A stretch of 52,042 nt of DNA from Candidatus Taylorbacteria bacterium RIFCSPLOWO2_12_FULL_43_20 (GTDB lineage: Bacteria; Patescibacteriota; Minisyncoccia; Phycocordibacterales; HO2-43-120). The notes beneath the pieces are model-generated. The model was given only the letters and a program-made list of their open reading frames with translations, was not told the DNA's origin and did not search any database. The stretch lies in assembly GCA_001821295.1 (NCBI GenBank), contig MHSK01000011.1, positions 1 through 52,042 of the forward strand, in the 5' to 3' direction. The position numbers were made by a program, and so were the translations under genes. Positions 1 to 8,200 of the stretch are shown piece after piece (the first letter of the stretch is position 1; the number at the start of each line of letters is the position of its first letter).

Positions 1-152
1 CAAATTAAAAGACAAAAAATCCACAATTCAAAGGTCGAAATTACAACTAATTAACTGTCAACTATGTTCCATAGCTTGAACAGCATCGCATTGACTCAGA
101 TTTAAATATGAGTAGTATTTGTCTGAGAAACACAGGATTGGGATTTTGTGTG

Positions 153-178
153 GCCACCGAGGCCGGTGGTTTTCTTTG
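153..178 (+). terminator. Rho-independent terminator-like hairpin
   Basis: CCACCG-AGGC-CGGTGG stem-loop followed by TTTTCTTT. The gene it would terminate lies outside the window. Confidence 0.4.
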
Positions 179-207
179 TCATTGTAAGCAATCAAAACGG
201 ATAAATT

Positions 208-657
208 ATGCCAGCGTCAGAATCTACATTAGTCCGCGTTGAGCGGGCATTACCGAAAATCATTGAGGAGTTCGGAACACCCTGCTATGTCTATGACGAG
301 CAGGGGATTATGGAACGCGGGGAGGAGCTTAAACGAGCCATGCGCAATGTACGCGGCCGCTTCCGGCAGTACTATGCCGTGAAGGCGTGGAATAACCCGG
401 CTAATTTGCGGCTCCAAAGAGACATGGGTTTTGGTTTTGACTGCAGTTCGCCTTACGAGCTCGAGCTTGCGGAGCGGATTGGCGCTAGGGGGAAAGACAT
501 AATGTTCACCTCCAACAACAGCAGGCCTGAATGGTTTGACCAAGCGAACAGATTGGGGGCCATCATCAATCTTGATGATGTTTACAAAAACCAAACCCTC
601 TCTTTGGCCGAAAAAAGGCAAGAAACAATATGTGATTTTGGAGTGACTTTGATATAA
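208..657 (+). pseudogene. N-terminal remnant of a PLP-dependent Orn/DAP/Arg decarboxylase (LysA-like), truncated after ~145 aa
   Basis: FGTPCYVYDE and YAVKAW (family motif YAVKAN) match the N-terminal barrel of group IV decarboxylases. The ORF stops where ~270 more residues are expected and no continuation is seen in other frames. G+C is slightly higher than in neighbours. Confidence 0.6.
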
Positions 658-700
658 TTTAAACAAACGCGTTTTGTCCCATTTAGACCATTCCCTATCT

Positions 701-725
701 GTCATTCCCGCCTTCGCGGGAATGA
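701..725. repeat. Family C hairpin (GTCATTCCCGC-CTTC-GCGGGAATGA)
   Basis: Perfect ATTCCCGC/GCGGGAAT arms. The same unit recurs at 34527, 34571, 41954, 42002, 49091 and 51087. Confidence 0.9.
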
Positions 726-764
726 AATCAAATGCGTAAACCTTAACAATACATTATATAAATT

Positions 765-965
765 ATGGAAACAAAAAAACTTTATAGAAGTAAGACCAAC
801 AGAATATTTGCCGGCATCTGCGGCGGCTTGGGAGACTACTTAGCCGTTGATCCTGTGCTTATCCGCCTAGTCTGGCTCTTGGTGGTTATATTTACCGGTT
901 TTGTACCCGGCCTGCTTGTCTATATTCTTGCCATATTTATCATTCCGGAAAAGAGGGAGAGTTAA
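765..965 (+). CDS. PspC-domain membrane protein
   Basis: LYRSKTNRIFAGICGGLGDYLAVDPVLIRLVWLL is the typical PspC N-terminal signature, followed by one TM helix. Confidence 0.8.
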   Translation: METKKLYRSKTNRIFAGICGGLGDYLAVDPVLIRLVWLLVVIFTGFVPGLLVYILAIFIIPEKRES

Positions 966-1113
966 TCTAGAGTGCCGCAGGTCTACAGTCTTAAAAATAC
1001 AATAAAAAAAGCCAAGGTTAATTCTTAACTCTGGCCTTGTTTCGCGTGGTTATTTTTGCCATTTTGTTCACAAGTTTTCTTTTTGCCGCTTTTTTTGCTA
1101 AGCTGGGTTCAAT

Positions 1114-2385
1114 ATGAAGTTTTTGAAAAAAGTTTTGGATAATGGAGTGAGAGTGGTAACAGTTAACCTGAAGGATAATCCGACGGTTACCGTCCTCGTC
1201 ATGGTTGAAGCCGGTTCCAAATACGAGACAAAGGAGCAAAACGGCGTGTCGCATTTTCTGGAGCATATGTGTTTCAAAGGAACGAAGACAAGGCCTAAGC
1301 CGATAGATATTGTGCGTGAGTTGGACGGCATAGGTTCTCAATATAACGCTTTCACTTCTCAGGAATTCACGGGATATTACGCGAAATCCGACCCGAAGCA
1401 TGTTGGCAAAATTTTAGACGTGGTAACCGATCTTTATTTGAATCCCACTCTGCCGGAAAAAGAATTGGAAAAAGAAAAAGGCGTTATTGTGGATGAGATA
1501 AGCATGTACGAAGATCTTCCGATGCAGGAAGTTCACACGGTATTTGAGGATCTTCTGTACGGCGATCAGCCGGCGGGTTGGAAAATCACGGGAACAAAGG
1601 AAACCGTTCGCGCTATGACTCGCGATAATCTCAAGCGATACAGGGACAGCCACTACGTGCCTGAGGCCACTGTGGTAGTAGTGGCCGGTAATTTTGACGA
1701 GGTCGCGGCCGCCGCCGCCGTAGCGGATAAATTCGGCGGTATTAGCATGAGTCCGAAAAGCGGCAAGGTCAAAGTGGTGGAAAAACAAAGTGGGCCGATG
1801 GTTAAAATAAAGCACAAGAAAACCGATCAGACTCACATTGTTCTCGGGGTGAGGACTTACGACGCTTATGATGAGAGGAATACCGCGCTCAAAACGCTCG
1901 GAGTGGCGCTAGGCGGAGGTATGAGTTCAAGACTTTTTCAAAAATTGAGAGACGAGATGGGAATCGGGTATTACGTCCAGGCGAGCGTTGACGCGTCCAC
2001 GGACCATGGTTATTTTTATGTATCAATAGGCACGGATAAAAACAGGGCAAGGACAGCCGTCGCGGCAATAATGGAGGAATTTGTAAAAATAAAAAACGAT
2101 CCTGTTCCCGACCATGAATTGCAAAAAGCAAAGGAATACATGATCGGCAATATGTATCTGGGGTTGGAAACTTCCGACTCCATCGCCGAGTACTATGGCT
2201 TGAGGGAAGTGTTAAAAAAGGACCTTATTACGCCATATGATCTGGCGGAAAAGATAAGAAAAGTGACGGCGGACGATATAAAAAATATTGCCAACGAAAT
2301 TTTCACTCGCGATAAGATAAATTTGGCCATGATCGGAGAATTGGATGATACAAATGAGTATATGAAGGAAATCTCCAATATATGA
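1114..2385 (+). CDS. M16-family (pitrilysin/insulinase-like) zinc peptidase
   Basis: Inverted zinc motif HFLEH (HxxEH) near the N-terminus. The 423-aa two-lobe length is typical of M16B. Confidence 0.85.
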   Translation: MKFLKKVLDNGVRVVTVNLKDNPTVTVLVMVEAGSKYETKEQNGVSHFLEHMCFKGTKTRPKPIDIVRELDGIGSQYNAFTSQEFTGYYAKSDPKHVGKILDVVTDLYLNPTLPEKELEKEKGVIVDEISMYEDLPMQEVHTVFEDLLYGDQPAGWKITGTKETVRAMTRDNLKRYRDSHYVPEATVVVVAGNFDEVAAAAAVADKFGGISMSPKSGKVKVVEKQSGPMVKIKHKKTDQTHIVLGVRTYDAYDERNTALKTLGVALGGGMSSRLFQKLRDEMGIGYYVQASVDASTDHGYFYVSIGTDKNRARTAVAAIMEEFVKIKNDPVPDHELQKAKEYMIGNMYLGLETSDSIAEYYGLREVLKKDLITPYDLAEKIRKVTADDIKNIANEIFTRDKINLAMIGELDDTNEYMKEISNI

Positions 2386-2500
2386 TCAACATAATACCAA
2401 TATACGAATGGGGAAGCTTTTAGCTGTCAGCTATTAGCTATTAGCTTGTGGAAGAAGAGGGGGGAAATTAGAAAACATCAGTTTATGATATAATTTTCAC

Positions 2501-3580
2501 ATGGAACCAAACAAAAAAATGGTATTGGACGTCACACCAGGCACGATTACAAAAATAATATTGATCTGTTTGTTTTTCATATTTCTTTTTCTTATCAGAG
2601 ATATCATTCTCATCGTTCTGGCGGCTATTGTCTTGGCCTCTTCCGTGGAGCCGGTTACCGTTTGGTTCGTTAAACACAATATAAAGAGGACGTTCGCCGT
2701 CATTATTGTCTATCTTTCATTGGCGCTGATTTTCATGGGTGTTGTTTACTTCTTTCTCCCTCAGCTTATAAGAGAATTTTCCAATTTTATCGGGAGTGTT
2801 TCTGAATATATGAATATAGAGGAGACCCCGCCCGAGGCGATGTCGGGCTTGCTGAACGGCGGCATCGCGGAACAGGTATCAAACTCGGCTTTTACTTTGC
2901 GAGATATTTTGAACAGTGTAAGCAATTCTTTCTCTGACGCGTCCAGAGGTCTTTTTGAGACAATAAGTATTATTTTCGGAGGCATATTCAGTTTCATTCT
3001 TATCGCGGTGCTCTCTTTTTATTTTGCGGTACAAGAGGAAGGGATATCCAATTTTTTGCGCATTATAACTCCGAAAAAACATGAGAATTATGTCGTCAGT
3101 TTATGGAAGCGTTCTCAGCAGAAAATCGGTTTATGGATGCAGGGCCAGCTCTTGCTCGCCGTCATAGTTGGAATACTGGTGTATTTAGGCCTCACTATTC
3201 TGGGCGTACGGCACGCTCTTCTTCTCGCTTTTTTAGCGGCGATTTTTGAACTTATACCGATATTCGGGCCTCTGCTCTCGGCCATACCGGCGATATTGAT
3301 CGCGGCCACAGACAGCGGAATAGGGCTGGGACTGGCGGTGGCTTTGCTTTATTTGTTGATCCAGCAGTTTGAAAACCATCTCATATATCCTTTGGTTGTG
3401 AGAAAAATCGTCGGAGTATCCCCGGTGGTGGTGATACTCGCGCTCATAATAGGTGCCAAACTCGCGGGGTTTCTCGGTGTCTTGCTTTCCGTGCCGATAG
3501 CCGCGGCTCTTATGGAATATTTTAACGACTTGCAAAAAGATAAGAATCACGATTTTAATGAGCCGACATTGATGACGTAG
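2501..3580 (+). CDS. AI-2E family transporter (PerM/UPF0118-like permease)
   Basis: Multi-TM protein with the characteristic C-terminal region LAAIFELIPIFGPLLSAIPAILIA ... QQFENHLIYPLVV. Confidence 0.75.
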   Translation: MEPNKKMVLDVTPGTITKIILICLFFIFLFLIRDIILIVLAAIVLASSVEPVTVWFVKHNIKRTFAVIIVYLSLALIFMGVVYFFLPQLIREFSNFIGSVSEYMNIEETPPEAMSGLLNGGIAEQVSNSAFTLRDILNSVSNSFSDASRGLFETISIIFGGIFSFILIAVLSFYFAVQEEGISNFLRIITPKKHENYVVSLWKRSQQKIGLWMQGQLLLAVIVGILVYLGLTILGVRHALLLAFLAAIFELIPIFGPLLSAIPAILIAATDSGIGLGLAVALLYLLIQQFENHLIYPLVVRKIVGVSPVVVILALIIGAKLAGFLGVLLSVPIAAALMEYFNDLQKDKNHDFNEPTLMT

Positions 3581-3591
3581 GCCAGAAAGAC

Positions 3592-5034
3592 ATGGAGGAA
3601 CAAAAAAATACATTTTATATAACGACACCAATATTTTATCCTAATGCCAATCTGCACATGGGCCACGCGTATACGACTACTTTGGCGGATATTATTGCTC
3701 GGTATCATCGGCTGAGAGACGTAGAAACATATCTTTTGGTGGGAGCTGACGAAAATACGGAAAAAGTCGTAAGAGCGGCCGAAGCGGCCGGCAAGGGAAC
3801 CCAAGAATATTTAGACGGCATTGTCCGCGGGTTTCAAGATTTGTTCAGTAAGCTGGAGATTGACTACGACCAATTTATTCGCACTTCCGATAATGGTGTC
3901 CACTGGCCGGGAGCGATGGAGATATGGCGAAGGATGGTGCGATCGGGCGATATTGAAAAAAGGACTTATAGCGGACTTTACTGCGTTGGGCACGAATCTT
4001 TCATAACAGAAAAAGATTTGGTTGACGGCAAATGCCCCGAACACAATGAAGAACCGCAAAAAGTCAGCGAGGAAAATTATTTCTTCAAATTATCAAAGTA
4101 TTCAAAAAGAATAGAGGAAAAAATAAAAAGCGACGAGCTTGCGATTATACCGCATGCTAGAAAAAATGAAATTCTGGCGCTCATAGCAAGGGGGCTTGAG
4201 GATATAAGTTTTTCTAGGCCGGCGGAAAAAATGTCCGTAGGGATCCCCGTGCCCGATGATCCCACTCAGAAAATATATGTCTGGGGGGATGCTCTGGCGA
4301 ACTATGCGAGCGCTCTGGGTTTCGGCCGTGAGAATGACGAACTGTTTAAAAAATTCTGGCCGGCTGATTTACATGTGATAGGGAAGGATATTTTAAGGTT
4401 CCACGCGGCGATCTGGCCCGGCATGCTAATGTCCGCAGGTTTACCACTCCCAAAATCCATACTAGTGCATGGTTTTATTACCTCGGGCGGAAAAAAAATG
4501 TCCAAATCTCTTGGTAATGTTATAGATCCTAACGCGCTTATTGCCGAGTACGGAGCCGAGGCGGTCAGGTATTATTTGGCTCGGCATATATCTCCTTTTG
4601 AGGATGGAGATATGACGCAGGAATCTTTCAAGGGTGCTTACAACGCCGATCTCGCCAACGGGTTGGGGAATCTGGTGAGCCGGGTGTTGAAAATGGCTGT
4701 GACAAACGGGGTATCAATTGAAGAAGAAAAGTTAAACCAAAATATAAGTTCTGCTCCGGAGCTCGCGCATATGGAATCGTATGAGGTCAATAAAGCGGGG
4801 TCTGCCATATGGGGAAGGATACAAAAAATGGATCAGTATATTCAAGTAGAGCAGCCGTTTAAAAAAATTAAAGCTGATTTGGAGGGAGCGAAAAAAGACA
4901 TTAGATATTTACTTGCAGAATTGTATGCGGTAGTAGCTTTACTTCGACCTATTATGCCCGAAACGTCTAAAACCATATTGGATCTCGTCAGAAAAAACAA
5001 AATGCCGGAGAGTCCGCTTTTTCCCCGAAAGTAA
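3592..5034 (+). CDS. metG: Methionyl-tRNA synthetase (short form, no C-terminal tRNA-binding domain)
   Basis: Class I HIGH-type motif PNANLHMGH and KMSKS motif KMSKSLGN, with MetRS-like anticodon-binding tail. Confidence 0.9.
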   Translation: MEEQKNTFYITTPIFYPNANLHMGHAYTTTLADIIARYHRLRDVETYLLVGADENTEKVVRAAEAAGKGTQEYLDGIVRGFQDLFSKLEIDYDQFIRTSDNGVHWPGAMEIWRRMVRSGDIEKRTYSGLYCVGHESFITEKDLVDGKCPEHNEEPQKVSEENYFFKLSKYSKRIEEKIKSDELAIIPHARKNEILALIARGLEDISFSRPAEKMSVGIPVPDDPTQKIYVWGDALANYASALGFGRENDELFKKFWPADLHVIGKDILRFHAAIWPGMLMSAGLPLPKSILVHGFITSGGKKMSKSLGNVIDPNALIAEYGAEAVRYYLARHISPFEDGDMTQESFKGAYNADLANGLGNLVSRVLKMAVTNGVSIEEEKLNQNISSAPELAHMESYEVNKAGSAIWGRIQKMDQYIQVEQPFKKIKADLEGAKKDIRYLLAELYAVVALLRPIMPETSKTILDLVRKNKMPESPLFPRK

Positions 5035-5040
5035 TTATGT

Positions 5041-5168
5041 ATTACGAAACTCTTTTCTCGGCAGGGCTTTTGCGGAACACGGGTATTTTTTTGCTAAAAA
5101 ATCCCTATGCTCGCCCGTCAGCTTCCGCAATGTTCCGCAAAAGCCCTGCCTGCGACGAGTTTCGTAAT
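5041..5168 (+). repeat. Family A 128-nt palindromic element, copy A1
   Basis: Termini ATTACGAAACTC/GAGTTTCGTAAT and an internal perfect 20-bp stem GGCAGGGCTTTTGCGGAACA/TGTTCCGCAAAAGCCCTGCC. Near-identical to copies at 14269, 39561 and 41468. Confidence 0.95.
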
Positions 5169-5229
5169 TCAACGCTAGTAAGGACTAATTGCACTGTGGA
5201 TAAGATGACATGGCTAGAAAAAATTGTGG

Positions 5230-5238
5230 TGGTACAAT
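5230..5238 (+). promoter_or_regulatory. Extended -10 promoter (TGgTACAAT), possibly giving a leaderless mRNA for the giant surface protein
   Basis: TGGTACAAT ends 6 nt before the ATG at 5245. No Shine-Dalgarno and no clear -35 were seen. Confidence 0.3.
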
Positions 5239-5244
5239 TAACAC

Positions 5245-8200
5245 ATGCGTAATTTTAGGCGCATCGTCTTGGTGTTCATTTTAGCCGGCGCGTTTGCGGG
5301 GCTAGCGTCACTTTCGTTGCATTTGGACAAAAAATATAATAGTTTTTCACAAAAAAACCGTCATATGGCGGCTGTTTCTGGTTCGGGTTCGGGACTCATC
5401 GGTCATTGGGCATTTGATGATGCAAGCGGAACAAACGCTTCCGATTCTTCCGGCAACGGCAGGACGGCTTCTCTTCAGGGCGGAGCGGGATGGTCGACAG
5501 GCAAAATAGTAGGAGCTGTATCTTTGGACGGAACAAATGATTATGTTGATACCGGCTATTCAAATTCGCTCGGATCATTTACCGCGGCGGTTTGGTATAA
5601 GAGTACCAATACTCAAACTTCGGAAATCGCCAGAGCGGTAGCGGGAAACATGACATCTGGCGGGGGGTTCTGGCTTATACCCGAGTGGGCCAATCCTTCT
5701 CCCATCTTCGCATACGGATTCATAAGCACGTCCGCCGACAATGCGGCCTTGCTTTTTTCACAATCGGAAGGATTCAGGTCCGGCTGGCATCATTTGGCCA
5801 TCACATATGACGGTTCATCAGCAAAGATCTATCAGGACGGTTCATTGAGAGAAATCAGATCAGTGTCTCTCGGAAGCGTTCCGTCCGGCACTTCCATAAA
5901 GTTCGGCCAGCGAGGAGACGGCTTATATTATTTCAAAGGATTGTTGGATGACGCTCGCTTTTACAATCGCGCTCTTTCTGCGAGCGAGATAAGCGAATTA
6001 TATAATTATACTGGGGACGTTTCGGTAAATACGGTTGACCCGGACAATGATATTCCGATACAAACAAACTCTGTCATTCCTGCCGAATCGCCGGCTGGAG
6101 ATATTACCGACACTGTTATCACACCCGATGCCACCAAATATTCATTAAAGATAAATAAAACGGGAAACGGGACGGTAAACGGAAGCGGGGTCTCATGCAC
6201 GTTGAGTATTTGCAATACAACCCACAATGAAGGCACATCGCTTACACTCACCTCCTCGCCTTCCTCAGGATATTCTTTCAGCGGATGGAGTGGCGCATGC
6301 TCGGGTACGGGATCTTGTGGTTTGACTATGAATTCTGATAAGACGGTAAATGTTGTTTTTACAAAAAATCCGACGCCGGAAATAGTAATAGAGCAGGAAC
6401 CGGAAACACCACCTTCGCAAGTGGTTAATCCCGTAGTTCCGGTGGAAGTAGGCAGTCAGGAAGGAACCGAATGGTACGTCTCTCCTTCGGGAAGCGTTTC
6501 AGGAGAAGGTACCGCGAGCAAACCTTGGGACTTGAGAACAGCCCTTTGTGGAGGCAGACCTTTTTATCTCGTTGACGGTGTCTGTTCTTCAAATCATGTA
6601 GTCAAGGTCAAACCGGGAGATACGATCTGGCTTCGCGGCGGCAATTATACAGAAGGAGTATCAGGAGAATGGCAGAACAATTACAGCATTATCAGTACTC
6701 TAACCGGATCTTCGGGGAAATACATCACCGTAAGGCAGTATCCCGGCGAAAGGGCCGCTTTGAACATACGCACTTTGCTTGTTAAAGGATCATACGGGAT
6801 TTACAGGGATTTTGAAATTTCCGGTTCTGATCCGGATCACGTCTCGGCGTATGACGGCTCTCTGCCTAATGACGTTTTGGGCCACAGCGCCATTTCATCA
6901 AGCGGGCCTTACAATAAGTTTATCAATCTTGTTCTGCATGACGCGACCGGATTCGGAATAGGCATGAGTGCTTCATCGTACGGTTCGGAAGCATATGGAA
7001 ATATAGTCTATTACAACGGCTGGCAGGGAACCGACAGGGGCCACGGACATGGATTTTATGTGCAAAACACCGGAGCCGCGCAAATATTAGAGGACAATAT
7101 CGTTTTTGGAAATTATCAGAACGGAATTCAGATGAGAGGTGCCGGCAATTCTTCCCGATTCAACTTTATCGGCAATACGAGCTTCAATAACGGAATTTTG
7201 AGCAGAAACAGGGAAGGCAACAATATTACGGCCGCCGACGACACACAGAGGATAGACGTGATCGGAAACATGACTTACAACAGCTACTATGCGAGTGATA
7301 GGACCGGCACGGTCAAATTCGGCGCGACAACGCTCGATATGAGAAACAATTATTTTCCGGAATACACATGGATCGCCAATTCTCCGAGTTCGCTGACTTT
7401 CACCGATAATTTCTTGTCCGGACCGACCACGCTGGTGTATTTCCCGAGCACAATGGCAAATGCCAATTGGAACAGGAATACATATTATTCGGAACAGTTA
7501 AGGTATACGCCGTTCAACGGGTCTTATTTCGATCAATGGAAGTCTTCCACCGGCTATGATCAGAATTCGGTATATACGATCGGAAAGCCTACAGGTGTGA
7601 AAGTATTCGTAAAGCCCAACAAGTATGAACAAGGCAGAGCGAATATCACCGTTTACAATTGGGCGAAAAATTCATCCGTGGCCGTTAATGTCAGCTCAGT
7701 ATTGCCGATTGGGACAAGATACGAAGTCCGCAACGCCCAAGATTTCTACGGTTCTCCTGTTTTGAGCGGCACATACCAGGGCGGAAATTTAAATCTGCCG
7801 ATGTCGGGTCTTTCTTTGGCTCAGCCGAAAGTGTTCACTGGTCAAAATGTAGAATTAACCGGTCCGGAATTCAATGTTTTCGTTCTTTTGCCAGTGGGGT
7901 GGAGCGATCAGGTTCAAAATATTGTCGTAACTCCCGTATTATCTCCCAGCGGTGGAGAGTTCACGGGGACACAGGCAGTTTCAATCTCCAGCGCTACGGA
8001 TGGCGCTACTATTTACTATACATTAGACGGGAGTATACCCACGGAACAATCCGCAAGATATACGAGTCCCATAAATATCAGCCAATACTCGGTTATAAGG
8101 GCAAAGGCGTTCAAGAGCGGCATGACATCTAGTGGAACGGTGACTGCAATATTTACCAAATCAATTGGAGATACAAACAATTCAGCGCCGGTTGTAAATT

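Noticed and set aside
5041-5168. CGAAAC at the family A terminus considered as a possible hammerhead ribozyme core
   Set aside because: No CUGANGA box occurs on either strand, and the stems do not form a three-way junction.
5037-5252. 71-aa ORF, plus the matching N-terminal part of ORF 14298..15506 and ORF 41419..41601, all encoding ...TLFSAGLLRNTGIFLLKNPYARPSA.AMFRKSPA.DEFRN...
   Set aside because: The shared peptide is simply the plus-strand translation of the family A palindromic repeat. One copy is inverted and all copies sit in intergenic spacers, so this is not a conserved protein.
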